Shown here in pieces: positions 9,557 to 19,985 of a stretch of DNA of 64,000 nucleotides. The stretch comes from Candidatus Heimdallarchaeota archaeon (GTDB lineage Archaea; Asgardarchaeota; Heimdallarchaeia; Hodarchaeales; Hodarchaeaceae). The DNA lies in assembly GCA_020353515.1 (NCBI GenBank), contig CP070695.1:3392050-3456049 (forward strand), written 5' to 3'. The first letter of the stretch is position 1. Each line of letters starts with the position of its first letter. The position numbers and the translations under genes were made by a program. The notes beneath the pieces are model-generated. The model saw only the letters and a list, made by a program, of their open reading frames with translations, was not told the DNA's origin and made no database searches.

Positions 9557-9979
9557 TTAGGTTTGAGTCATAGTTAAATGATAGTCGATCCGTTTGATTA
9601 AATCATGATTACTCCATGGCTTTAAGATGTAATCGATAGCTCCACATTCATAACCTCGTTTGATGTCATCAGGAAATGTGAGAGCGGACAAGATAATGAC
9701 AGGAATGTGGCGATATCTTGTTTCATTTTTTATTTCATGACAAAAAGTGAAGCCATCTGTACCTGGCATCTTGATATCTAATAATATCAAATCTGGTAAT
9801 GCTATTCCTGATTCTAGGATTTCTAGGGCATCTTGAGCTGTATAGGCTTTCTCAATTTTGTGTTTTTCTCTAGTTAGTAATAATTCGAGTAGTTCAACAG
9901 CATCTCTCTCATCATCAATGATGAGGATACGGGAAACTGGTTTCTTCTGTGTCTTGTTTTTTGTATTGCTGGTTTCCAA
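9557..9979 (-). CDS. Single-domain response regulator (REC)
   Basis: ILIIDDE, PDLILLDIKMPGTDG, LSA, DYILKPW. Confidence 0.95.
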   Translation of the reverse strand: METSNTKNKTQKKPVSRILIIDDERDAVELLELLLTREKHKIEKAYTAQDALEILESGIALPDLILLDIKMPGTDGFTFCHEIKNETRYRHIPVIILSALTFPDDIKRGYECGAIDYILKPWSNHDLIKRIDYHLTMTQT

Positions 9980-10405
9980 CAGCGAGGCTCCCTAAGATAA
10001 TTGCTCCTTTATTAGCCAAATTATTTTATGTTTTACTCATGTTATGCTTATATACCAATACTCTACTAAATTGGTGATGGGTGTCGAACTCCTATGCTAT
10101 GGCCGAAGTCTTGTTGTAATTTTTTTTGGGGATTGTTACGATATGACTGTAAAGGGACTATTTTTGCTACTAGCGAATCTTAGTTAAACTATATTGATTT
10201 TTAATATATAAGAGTTGTTGTTTTCGATTATCACATTTTTTCTTCCTATTTCTTTCTTTTCTTAATCAGAAAGAGCTATGCTGTTTGAATACCGAATTTT
10301 TAGTTATAGTGTATTATTTTCAAAATTTAAAGGCTTTACTTCAAATTCAAGATAATTTGAGCTGATCTGAGTCTGAATAAAAGGAGTCAGGATTTTCCTA
10401 CGTTC

Positions 10406-11041
10406 TTACAGATATATTGTACCTGTCTGAGTAAAACCAAAACTACGAATGAAATTGTAACTGATTTTATTCTCATGATACACTTCACATACTAATTCCA
10501 TGACGTCATTCTCTGCAAAATATTTCGCAGCTCTAACAGCCAATAAAAAAGCAATTCGTTTACGACGATATCGAGGATCTACTCCAATCCCAGCAATAAC
10601 ACCTTGGTTTCCTATTTTCTTTCCTTGTTTGATCAATGGTTCTATGACCAAAAAGATGAATCCAACTATCCGTCCATATAATTCTGCTACAAAAGTAGAC
10701 TCTGGTTTGAAATGTTTTACATCTTCCAAGGTTAGAGACCGATAAGGGTCAGGAGCTGTAATGAAAGCTCTGTTATAACAACGGATGAATTTTTCAGCAT
10801 CTGTTTCTTGTTGAAATTCTCTTATTTTCACTTTGTGTATTACTTCACCATCCTCCTCTTGATCCTCTATACTTTTTATTACATCTAGTGCTTGATCCCA
10901 ACTCATTTTCATTACAATGAATTTACGTTTTCCTTCTCGATCCTCTTTTTCTTCATTTTCTTCGATCTTTTTTTTTCTCCTAAAAAAAAGTCGTCTGAGT
11001 TTGACAGATTCTCGTTCTGATGTTTCTGAATCATTTAACAC
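10406..11041 (-). CDS. GNAT family N-acetyltransferase (start uncertain)
   Basis: IGVDPRYRRKRIA acetyl-CoA motif; N..SYNF..SFGF. Confidence 0.9.
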   Translation of the reverse strand: MLNDSETSERESVKLRRLFFRRKKKIEENEEKEDREGKRKFIVMKMSWDQALDVIKSIEDQEEDGEVIHKVKIREFQQETDAEKFIRCYNRAFITAPDPYRSLTLEDVKHFKPESTFVAELYGRIVGFIFLVIEPLIKQGKKIGNQGVIAGIGVDPRYRRKRIAFLLAVRAAKYFAENDVMELVCEVYHENKISYNFIRSFGFTQTGTIYL

Positions 11042-11150
11042 CTCTAAACACCTTTTTTCTTAGGAAATTCTATCTATTTGGAAAATTCTGGTTTTTTCTT
11101 TAAGCTTAAGAATAATACTAATAATACTTTCCTCTCTTAACTATTTTTAA

Positions 11151-12089
11151 ATGGATTTAGTTACTCCTGTTCATAGGGAAATCATTGACACTCATGTTCA
11201 TCCAATCCAATCGTTAACATCCGCAGAATCTCTTATAAGAGAGATGGATAAAGCTAAAGTCTCAAAGGCTGTACTATTAGCCTTAGATTTAGATCCGAAT
11301 GTTTTAGATACAAATCAATCACTTAGAGACGAAATTATTTACGATTTTCTGTCTTATTCTCTTTTTTTAGATCCTTATCGGCTTCTTGATACCATGAAGG
11401 CTATACTACGTGTCGGTAATACAACAAACGTACATGTTGCTGATATTGTTAAAGGACATCCTGATAGATTCTTAGGATTTGGTTCTGTAAATCCATCAAA
11501 GAATGGCAACTATGTAAAGGAAAAACTTCAAGAGATATTTGATCTTAGCTTAAAAGGAATTAAACTAATTCCCACCCTACAATTTTTCGATCCAAAACGA
11601 AATAAAAATCTAAAATCCATATTTAAATTTGCGTATCGTCAAGATTGGCCAATATTAATTCACCTTGGCCGAGATCCTGGTCCTTGGGAAATCCATACCT
11701 TACGATGCGTTGAGAAAGGTCATCCAAAATTCTGGAATAAAGTTGTCAAGAAATTCTCCAAGAATAAGATAATCTTTGCTCATCTAGGTGGCTATGGTGA
11801 AATTAATGATGAAACATGGTTAAATGAAGTCCTTAGATTGAGTAAGAAAAACACTAACATTTTTCTTGACACTTCTGCAGTTCCCTATCAATTAGAGGAT
11901 CCTACCGTTGTAGAAAGCATTCGTAAAACATGTGGGTTTGAAAGAATCTTGTTCGGGACTGATACTCCTGTGGTTCTTGGGACCTCAATGGCTCATTCAA
12001 AACAGATTATTGAAAAGAACTCAATCCTAACACAGGAAGAAAAATCGTTAATTTTCTCTGAAAATGCAAAAAAGTTGTTCAACCTTTAA
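11151..12089 (+). CDS. Amidohydrolase_2 family metal-dependent hydrolase
   Basis: IIDTHVH, KGIKL, ILIHLG, FAHLGG, LDTSA, ILFGTD, ENAKKLF. Confidence 0.92.
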   Translation: MDLVTPVHREIIDTHVHPIQSLTSAESLIREMDKAKVSKAVLLALDLDPNVLDTNQSLRDEIIYDFLSYSLFLDPYRLLDTMKAILRVGNTTNVHVADIVKGHPDRFLGFGSVNPSKNGNYVKEKLQEIFDLSLKGIKLIPTLQFFDPKRNKNLKSIFKFAYRQDWPILIHLGRDPGPWEIHTLRCVEKGHPKFWNKVVKKFSKNKIIFAHLGGYGEINDETWLNEVLRLSKKNTNIFLDTSAVPYQLEDPTVVESIRKTCGFERILFGTDTPVVLGTSMAHSKQIIEKNSILTQEEKSLIFSENAKKLFNL

Positions 12090-12108
12090 TCGAATAGGAC
12101 GGTTCTTT

Positions 12109-12885
12109 GTGTTAAAAGCATGTGTTTTAGCTTCATCGAGCAAGGGAAATGCTACTTTTGTTCGTATAGGTAATGATAGATTTCTTATTGATGCTGGAAT
12201 CAGTGCTAGAAGAATCAATAAAACACTTCGCGAAATTGGAGAGAATACTAGATCCTTAAAGGGGGTTATTCTTACCCATGAGCATCAAGATCACATAACT
12301 GGTATAAAAACACTCTCACATAAGTATGGTTTGAGGTTCTTTTCAACTTTTGATACTTATCAACGTATTCGAAAACAAGTTGGGAGTTTTGATGCGGATT
12401 TTATTGAGGTTGGAGAAGATTTTCAGGTGGGAGATGAAGCTATCATCACTCCTTATGAGATTCAACACGACTCAGCAGATCCTGTAGCCTTCCTTATTAA
12501 AGATCGTAATGATATTCCATTAGTAGGTTACTTAAACGATTGTGGTAGAATAACTCCCTTCTTGATTGATGGATTCAGAAATGTCAAAGTCTTGATAATA
12601 GAAGCTAATCATTCTTTTGATCTTCTTCTTCGTAGTTCCTATCCAACCTTTTTAAAGCTGCGAATCTTAAGTTCTAAAGGACACCTCTCTAATTGGAGCG
12701 CTGCTGAATTCATAAATGCGACGGTACCTCAAATTGCTGTTCTATCTCACCGATCAGAGGAAAATAATACTCCTGGAGTCTCATTATCGGAAATTGAAAC
12801 TCTTTTGAGTGATAAAATAACAAAACCTTTCATAGTAATTGTACCAGACAAAGAACGCAGTACAATAATCAGAACACTAGAATGA
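12109..12885 (+). CDS. MBL-fold metallo-hydrolase (YycJ/WalJ-like); probable GTG start at 12109
   Basis: LASSSKGN, LIDAGIS, THEHQDH, HDS, IEANHS, GHLSN, HRSEENN. Confidence 0.9.
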   Translation: MLKACVLASSSKGNATFVRIGNDRFLIDAGISARRINKTLREIGENTRSLKGVILTHEHQDHITGIKTLSHKYGLRFFSTFDTYQRIRKQVGSFDADFIEVGEDFQVGDEAIITPYEIQHDSADPVAFLIKDRNDIPLVGYLNDCGRITPFLIDGFRNVKVLIIEANHSFDLLLRSSYPTFLKLRILSSKGHLSNWSAAEFINATVPQIAVLSHRSEENNTPGVSLSEIETLLSDKITKPFIVIVPDKERSTIIRTLE

Positions 12886-12915
12886 ACAGTTGAAACTGAG
12901 GAACTAGAATATCTC

Positions 12916-13308
12916 TCAAGGTTCAAAGGAGGGCTGTTGCATGTACATCTTTCTAATCGATACTAGCTCTCCATTAGTAAGGGTTAAGATTCCTAACTTC
13001 TCTGCAAGCTCTCTTGCGGTTGCTGAAAACTGGTTGGCACAAACCATTACTTTTGTCAACCCAGTGTTTACTTGCAACCTTTCTGCCTCTAATATAACAT
13101 TGTAACCACATGATCTTGACCAATCTTTAACGATCACACCGATTCTCCCGCCTATATCGACATTTTTATCTTTTGATCGATGTACTAAATAGGAAAACTG
13201 AAATTCTCTATCATTCTTCCCCCGTAATGTTACATTTGAATCAAAATCAAACTGTCTGAACCGTAAAAAGTCTTTCACTAAATTATTTAACTCTAGTTCC
13301 ATTTCCAA
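12916..13308 (-). CDS. Small restriction endonuclease-like (Mrr_cat / PD-(D/E)XK fold) protein, probably inactive
   Basis: NVTLRG..., VKDWSRSCG and FSATARELAEKLGI match the Mrr_cat pattern, but the catalytic acidic residues appear replaced. Confidence 0.65.
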   Translation of the reverse strand: MEMELELNNLVKDFLRFRQFDFDSNVTLRGKNDREFQFSYLVHRSKDKNVDIGGRIGVIVKDWSRSCGYNVILEAERLQVNTGLTKVMVCANQFSATARELAEKLGILTLTNGELVSIRKMYMQQPSFEP

Positions 13309-13986
13309 CCTACCATATTTCCAGTCTATAGTCCTGCAAATTTAACGCATTTATACTTAAAAAACTTTACTAAGGGTATTAACTAGAGTAGTACCCCTTC
13401 AATCCTATTTACTGTTTAAAGGCAAAAAAAAAAGTTTATCCTCTATTGAATACATGCCTTTTTTTGTCGGTTAAAATTGTATAATATGGGTATTTTTCAT
13501 GAAATACCAAATTAGATTAGTTTGTCATGTATTAGCTTGTGGTTTGATAGAATTGAATGAATGATGATCAGAAAATGTCTAGGTTAAAACTTTGTGAAAT
13601 AATGTGTTTCTTTTAATCATTAAGCCTTGATACAATTAGTCACGTCCTATTTTGACTAAAATTTTCTTTCATTTATGCAATGATTTCATGATAATATTCT
13701 GAATCGGTATAAAATCACTTACAAAGTCACATTCCTCAAAAATTTTTGAGACTCCATCATCAAGATAGTTTTCAAAGAATATCTTATTGTAAAATACAAA
13801 GATAAGAATATATGGCAAAGAAGAATTTTTTGTTTCTTGACTTTATACACTAACCTTTTTAGTTATCATTGGAGAAAAGTTCAGTAGAGCTAGACTCTAG
13901 TCTTTGGTCCTAAAAAAAAGCCCGTCATTCATACAACTTTCAATAAAGAATATATGATAAGATTATCAGCGGAGTAACTAATTGTA

Positions 13987-15075
13987 ATGTCAGAAAATCA
14001 AAAACAAGGTATTTTACTAGGCTTTGATCAAAAAGAATGTCGGCAGATATTGAAAAAAACTGGCATTCCCCGTATATCTAAAGAGAGTGTTAAAGCTCTA
14101 AATAATCTATTAACACGTAGAGCTCGTGAAATCGCTACTAAAGCAGTCACTTTGGCTGCAGAAAAAGATAGGGATGAAATTCTAGAGGAGGATATTACTC
14201 AAGCTGTAAGAATGGCTTCTGCAGTCCACACTTATGAAGTCGCAGTAGAAGCTCCAGTAGTCCATTATGTCTGGTTTATCAGTTCAGGAGGAACATGTCT
14301 CTTACGCCGCTCTTATTCTGGATTGGAGTTCCCTGACACGATTTTTTCTGGACTATTGACTGGAATTTTGGATTTAATGTCAGAAGTAACTGGGAGAATG
14401 ATAGAAAAGTTCTCTACTGACGATTTAACCATTCATATTAGACGAGTGGCCGAAATCACCGTTGCGGTTATCTGTGATAGCGAGCAAAGCTATGCTATTG
14501 ATGAATTAACTGATTTATTGGCTATAAGATTTGCTGATGTCTTTAATGAAGAAATTCAACAGGAAATTGTTGACACAAGTGTCTTCGATGACTTTGCTCC
14601 AGTTTTAGATGCATTGGTTGCTGGAGTAGGATTAAAAATCCCCAAAGAAAGCTTAAAAATCATAAAATCAAGTGCAAGTCTTACTGATAGGCAGTTAGAA
14701 GAAACTGTTGATGCAGCAGCGCTTCGAGAAGAGATGAGGCGAGCACAACATGCAATTCAAGATTTTGCTGTATTTAAAAGGGAAGAAAAAACTTCCGATA
14801 TGGACTCCTTATTCTATGAATCTCCAGATGTTACAGAAATAAAAGCAGTTCTCCGACAAGCGACTCAAGATATTCGTGAAGAATTTAATGATAATGGGGA
14901 TAAAGAACCTCAGATTGAGTTAAAGGCCGAAGATGTTTCACAAGAAGAAGTTCTAAAGGAAATTTCAAAGGATTTTCCCAAAATCGCTACCAAAAAAATC
15001 GCAGAAGTGGAAACCAAAAAACCTAAGAAAAAAACCCGAAAGAAATCCAGAAAAAGGAAACGTAGAAGGAAATAA
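13987..15075 (+). CDS. Archaeal histone-fold + longin-domain fusion with acidic linker and Lys/Arg-rich tail
   Basis: Residues about 12-77 align with HMf-type histones (RQILKKTGIPRISKES...REIATKAVTLA...RDEILEEDITQAVR). Residues about 90-210 have the longin pattern (VHYVWFISSGGTCLLRRSY...FSGLLTGI...RFADVF). Tail KKPKKKTRKKSRKRKRRRK. Confidence 0.85.
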   Translation: MSENQKQGILLGFDQKECRQILKKTGIPRISKESVKALNNLLTRRAREIATKAVTLAAEKDRDEILEEDITQAVRMASAVHTYEVAVEAPVVHYVWFISSGGTCLLRRSYSGLEFPDTIFSGLLTGILDLMSEVTGRMIEKFSTDDLTIHIRRVAEITVAVICDSEQSYAIDELTDLLAIRFADVFNEEIQQEIVDTSVFDDFAPVLDALVAGVGLKIPKESLKIIKSSASLTDRQLEETVDAAALREEMRRAQHAIQDFAVFKREEKTSDMDSLFYESPDVTEIKAVLRQATQDIREEFNDNGDKEPQIELKAEDVSQEEVLKEISKDFPKIATKKIAEVETKKPKKKTRKKSRKRKRRRK

Positions 15076-15112
15076 TGACTCTACAATGAAATGAGAAAAA
15101 AGGATTGGAGAT

Positions 15113-18100
15113 TTATTTATAAGGTTTTTTACGTTTGCTTATCCACAATACTAGAACAGCTGCCGTGGCAAATCCAATAAGGTCGAACGAAGCTGACTTT
15201 TTCTCTGTTGTACTTTCATCAGTGAAAGTGAATACTGCATCCGATATATCACTTGTTTTGAATAATCCATCAGTAACAGAAACATTCACAAGGTATTGGC
15301 TTCCAGGGGTAAATCCTTCGTCTATTGGATCCCACTCATAAGAAGAGATTTCTCTTCTATTGCGGACAAGTCTTTCCCAAGTTTCTCCTGAGTCATTACT
15401 TACATACACAGAGTATAAAAGAGTATCTTCGACGTTAGGATCACTACTATCCCATGTGATAGTAACTGGGTCCGGACCTACAGTTTCTCCACCATTTGGA
15501 TATATAACTTCAACGGTTGGTGAGAATTGATTAATGATAGTTACATCAGTTACTCTGTATTCCGTAAAGGGGAGCCAATCAAGGGATGTTCCAGTGAATC
15601 CCTTAACAACAATTTCGAATACATCATTCTGGCCGAAACCGTTGCTATCAACAGTTGCAGTCGTTCCTGTTTCTCTGTGTGAAACACCTAAAGATGCCTT
15701 CCCTGTGACTATAAACGGAAGGCCGCCTGGCCAATCACCCCATACATAATAGGGTTCGTAATCAATCCCCCAGTAATCGACTCCTATTGTATAGGTTCCA
15801 CTTTCAGTAGTAACATATTCAATGTGTTCAATACTACCTGGCTCTGTACTAGTTGCTACAATTGATCCAGTTGGAGAAATTAATATTAGTTCTAGATCAT
15901 GTGGAGGATCTCCAGGTGTCCCAGGGGGATCAGGGATAGTTAGATCTAGTACAATCTTTTGGCCAGCATGTAAGTTTGGCCAAGGTCGTAACCAATCGAA
16001 ATCTTCTGGATTAGAAGGTAAATCCCGAGGTATCGCTGTCTTCTCTGTTAATAGACCCTCTAGCTTGATTGAATTAACTAATTCAACCATAATTTTTGTA
16101 TCACGAATAAAGAGACTAGGGAATCCGGGTAAAGACCATGAATCGAAAGTGCCACTAAATTGGGCGTGGGGTCCTTCCCAACTGCTACCACTTGTAACTA
16201 CTGCATTGTTGGAATTTATAGCTCTAATCGTTGCTGTAGGTGCGTTAAACATGAGTCCATCTAATGCGTTATGACTTACATTTGTATAGGGAGCGGGAGG
16301 GTACCCATCGATTAAGGAAGGATCCGAACTATCATCAATAGTCTGGAGGCCAGCTTCACGGTAGCTAGTTAGGGTGGAATTGCGGATAGAACTTACTGTG
16401 ATAATGAAATCTTCAGAGGCAGACATTGAACCATATTCGATAGTATGTAAAGCAATACCAAGATAGCCAAGATGACCCGCGGAAGCCGTGGATTTATCGT
16501 GATACCAATCGTTTGCATTTGTTTTATCCCAATCCCAAAAACCGCTTACATCCCATGTAAAATCAGTAAGTAATACATTCTGACACTTCCAAGTTGGTTT
16601 ACCGTCCGTTCGACCTGTATTATCGAAGTTCTCTGATTGAGACTGTGTTGCACTATAAGGCCCGAAGTAAGCCGAACTACCATAACCACTCATAAATACA
16701 TGGACATCAATCACTGTTTGTGGATCAGTCCACGTGACATTTGTCATAACCCAAGTTGTAAAGTCATCAGTCCCATTATTTAAGAAGTAATCAATGTCTA
16801 CATAATAGAATCGCCAATCACCACTTATTGGAGTTTGTCCAAACCAGTTAACCGCCCCATATACCGCGCCATTATCATATGGATGTTCGTCTGATCCACC
16901 CCAAGATAACGACAGATCAGGAGGAGCTAGACCATCAACTCTAACACACATAGGGGTTAGTCCAGCTATTTTATCATCTTTTGTCCATTCAAGAAAACCA
17001 CCATACATCCCAGGAGTTGCAGAGTCGTCAACAGTAACAGTGACATCCCATGTAACACCTGAATCTAATACCACATCGACATCAATCGGAGTTCCTTGCC
17101 ATGGAACCCTTTGAAAAAGACGGACGGTGACGAGAACATCGAGAGAATCCCATTTGTCATTCTCGTATCCTACATCACGATAATATATAGTAGGACCTTT
17201 ACCATTAAGACCAGTCTTATAAAAAGCGTCTCCAGGCTTTCCAACATGTAACTGATGGTTATTTCCATTTGTTGTGTCACTTTGAACTCGGCGTACCTCT
17301 CCATCTGCCTCTGGTGCAAAATCAATTCTCCCATTGCCATTTAAATCGTTCCAATCATGTAGAAATACATAATTGCTGTCATCGACACTTCGGTAGACAT
17401 CTTCAAAATTTTTCTTGGGATAAGTGAGAAATACTACAGCGTAGTCACAGGTGTTCCATTGATCCATGAATACAGTATCAAAATGGTCCTCTAAGGGCCA
17501 AGTAGTATTCTCCGATGTTGAATGTAGTACACCGGTTGCCTCATTCCAAAATATCAGTTCATAAGCAGTTACAGAATCAGCAGTAGTTGAAGTCATGACA
17601 ACAGAAGCATCTATGTCAGTTACCTGTGACTCACCTGGGAACAAACTTCCAGTAAATACGCTGTTATCGAGCATAGTTATTCCAAGATCTGATGGGTGAT
17701 TTTGTCGTCGAGTTGATGGATCTTGTTCGGGAGAGAAAGGATCTCCAACTTCGTATAACCCTGTAGAGTATCCTAACCATCCACTTGCCCGATCATCTTG
17801 AGTAGCAACACGATCGAAAGTTGAAGTGCTACCAATCATAAGAAGTGGATCCGTTCCGTCTGTTTCGTTACCAAACATTGCATTAACAGCTCGCCATGCG
17901 TCAACACGTCCTGCTCCTTGACGGAAAGGATCATAACCTAAGTCAATAGCTGTTGATTCCATAACAGATTTTATATGTCCTGCAATATCTGAATTTGGGA
18001 ACCAACCTGCATCAACACCTGCTTGAAGCATCAAAGCGGCAACTCCTGCAGCTACTGGACATGCTAAACTAGTTCCGCCAAAAATTCCAACAGCGTTCAA

Positions 18101-19984
18101 ACCATTTCCTTGTCCATGGTCTAGCGCATCTACAGTAAATGTATATGCACCAAGAGCTACAACGTTTGGTTTTGGAACACCTGATGGCATAGGACCACCT
18201 GATGACCATGTAATCACTTGATCTGTCCCTTGTTCCCAATAGCCATTACTATCATATACATCTTCAAAGATATGAAAACTAGTACTTGCTCCAACTGTTA
18301 ATGCTCCTGCACTATTCGGTGTAAATCCTGTACCATAACCTGGTCCATCATTTCCAGCCGCCATTAAAATTAATGTGCTGTTCCACGATGATAAATAATC
18401 TATATACCAGCTCCACCAATCATAACCCCAAACAAAATCATATATCTCAAATCCAACCCATCCCCAAGAATTAGTGAGCAGGTCAGCCTTGTGATTACCA
18501 GTGTATGTCCAGTTAAGAAAATCTAGGTTCGGTTCTTGACTAACAATGGGATCCCAACCAGTACCCCATAACCATCCATATGGATTAAATGCCCGAATAG
18601 CCATTAGATCTGCTGCTGGAGCTATTCCTGGAAGCTTGTACACACTTCCATTTCCATAGACGTCATAGTGAGAGACCCCGCGACTAGCTGCCGCTGCTGC
18701 TGTACTAGTACCGTGACCATCTGGATCACACATAAAAGCAATACCAGCTCCAGTCTTATCGATTCCTCTTACTAGTCCGCCAGTCATGATGTCGAAAATA
18801 TCATTTGTATTTGCTAAACATCCTAAACTAAAATCATTAATACCATCTTTGTCAAAATCAGTAGCTAATACTTCGGTGCCGTCTCCCCACTTATGGGGAT
18901 CGTTGTTAGTGAAGTCCCAATCTGCCAATGGGCCTCCTATTTCAAGTTGATTATATATTGCTGTAAGATTCCAGGATGTTTCCCAGTCCACATACACTGT
19001 ATCATAATCTCCAGACACGGTTGAATCTGTGACAAGGAAAAGGAAAAATTCCAGCGCATTAGGCATACCTGGGGAGAAAGTTCCAGCTATACCGACTTTG
19101 TATGTACCAGAGACACTAGAAATACCAGTTCCAACCCTAATATCTTCAGTATCAAAAAGATAACTTGAATTAAGCCAAGCTGCTACATCACCAATCCAGA
19201 TAGGGTAGCTATGGTTATTGAGGAGTAAATAATTCCCATCTCTGGCAATTGACGCGTTAGTAACAGCCAAACCCGCGCCTACACCATCAAAGCTTGTTGG
19301 ATATCCCGAAGAATCAACTGCATAAGCAGTACTGAGGTCAGTCACACCAAAATCGGTACCTGAATCAACAAGACCGATAGTGACGCCTTTCCCATCAATT
19401 GGATAGGTAAATTCACCTTTTCCTGTGACATTATTAACCCGGTCAGCGCTCATTACTTTTTGCATGTCAAATTGTTTTACACTTTGTGGTTTTTCTGTCT
19501 TATAATTGGCGAGTTTCTCGGCCATGACAACCCCAACATCGGGTCTCAAGTAAATACGCTGCAAAGCTTTACTGTTAGTGACATATCCTTGAATAATATA
19601 GCCACCATTAATTTTGGCAGCTTGAACGACGGTCATATGTTTATTAAGAGCGAAAAAATCAACATCTGGGGTAGCACCCATTAGAAAATAGACCCGATCC
19701 TTGAAAGATCTAATCCCTTCAGGAATACGATTAGTTTCAAGGTAGGATCTGAGTTCTGGATCAAGAAATTGATAACGATTAAATTCAGGTTTTTTAAAAC
19801 TATTAGGAATTGGATCATCTTGAAGGTCACGAGATGAAGGAGAATTAAGAAATGGTACTATTTCATTTGTTAGAATTAACACTGGAATATTGACACAAAT
19901 TACAGATAATAGAAAGATAACGAACGATAATGGAATCATATTATTTTTTCTGGAAATAAGAAAAGAATAATTCATATTATTCAT
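15113..19984 (-). CDS. Large membrane-anchored S8 (subtilisin/pyrolysin-like) serine protease
   Basis: Catalytic triad LVDSGTD, DGHGTS, GGTSLACP; AAGNDGP oxyanion Asn; signal peptide; PPC/Ig-like C-terminal domains; hydrophobic and basic C-tail. Confidence 0.93.
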   Translation of the reverse strand: MNNMNYSFLISRKNNMIPLSFVIFLLSVICVNIPVLILTNEIVPFLNSPSSRDLQDDPIPNSFKKPEFNRYQFLDPELRSYLETNRIPEGIRSFKDRVYFLMGATPDVDFFALNKHMTVVQAAKINGGYIIQGYVTNSKALQRIYLRPDVGVVMAEKLANYKTEKPQSVKQFDMQKVMSADRVNNVTGKGEFTYPIDGKGVTIGLVDSGTDFGVTDLSTAYAVDSSGYPTSFDGVGAGLAVTNASIARDGNYLLLNNHSYPIWIGDVAAWLNSSYLFDTEDIRVGTGISSVSGTYKVGIAGTFSPGMPNALEFFLFLVTDSTVSGDYDTVYVDWETSWNLTAIYNQLEIGGPLADWDFTNNDPHKWGDGTEVLATDFDKDGINDFSLGCLANTNDIFDIMTGGLVRGIDKTGAGIAFMCDPDGHGTSTAAAAASRGVSHYDVYGNGSVYKLPGIAPAADLMAIRAFNPYGWLWGTGWDPIVSQEPNLDFLNWTYTGNHKADLLTNSWGWVGFEIYDFVWGYDWWSWYIDYLSSWNSTLILMAAGNDGPGYGTGFTPNSAGALTVGASTSFHIFEDVYDSNGYWEQGTDQVITWSSGGPMPSGVPKPNVVALGAYTFTVDALDHGQGNGLNAVGIFGGTSLACPVAAGVAALMLQAGVDAGWFPNSDIAGHIKSVMESTAIDLGYDPFRQGAGRVDAWRAVNAMFGNETDGTDPLLMIGSTSTFDRVATQDDRASGWLGYSTGLYEVGDPFSPEQDPSTRRQNHPSDLGITMLDNSVFTGSLFPGESQVTDIDASVVMTSTTADSVTAYELIFWNEATGVLHSTSENTTWPLEDHFDTVFMDQWNTCDYAVVFLTYPKKNFEDVYRSVDDSNYVFLHDWNDLNGNGRIDFAPEADGEVRRVQSDTTNGNNHQLHVGKPGDAFYKTGLNGKGPTIYYRDVGYENDKWDSLDVLVTVRLFQRVPWQGTPIDVDVVLDSGVTWDVTVTVDDSATPGMYGGFLEWTKDDKIAGLTPMCVRVDGLAPPDLSLSWGGSDEHPYDNGAVYGAVNWFGQTPISGDWRFYYVDIDYFLNNGTDDFTTWVMTNVTWTDPQTVIDVHVFMSGYGSSAYFGPYSATQSQSENFDNTGRTDGKPTWKCQNVLLTDFTWDVSGFWDWDKTNANDWYHDKSTASAGHLGYLGIALHTIEYGSMSASEDFIITVSSIRNSTLTSYREAGLQTIDDSSDPSLIDGYPPAPYTNVSHNALDGLMFNAPTATIRAINSNNAVVTSGSSWEGPHAQFSGTFDSWSLPGFPSLFIRDTKIMVELVNSIKLEGLLTEKTAIPRDLPSNPEDFDWLRPWPNLHAGQKIVLDLTIPDPPGTPGDPPHDLELILISPTGSIVATSTEPGSIEHIEYVTTESGTYTIGVDYWGIDYEPYYVWGDWPGGLPFIVTGKASLGVSHRETGTTATVDSNGFGQNDVFEIVVKGFTGTSLDWLPFTEYRVTDVTIINQFSPTVEVIYPNGGETVGPDPVTITWDSSDPNVEDTLLYSVYVSNDSGETWERLVRNRREISSYEWDPIDEGFTPGSQYLVNVSVTDGLFKTSDISDAVFTFTDESTTEKKSASFDLIGFATAAVLVLWISKRKKPYK

Positions 19985-19985
19985 C

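Noticed and set aside
15135-19684. Several plus-strand ORFs inside the S8 gene, and similar short ORFs inside other long genes
   Set aside because: Antisense or alternate-frame shadows of well-supported CDSs.
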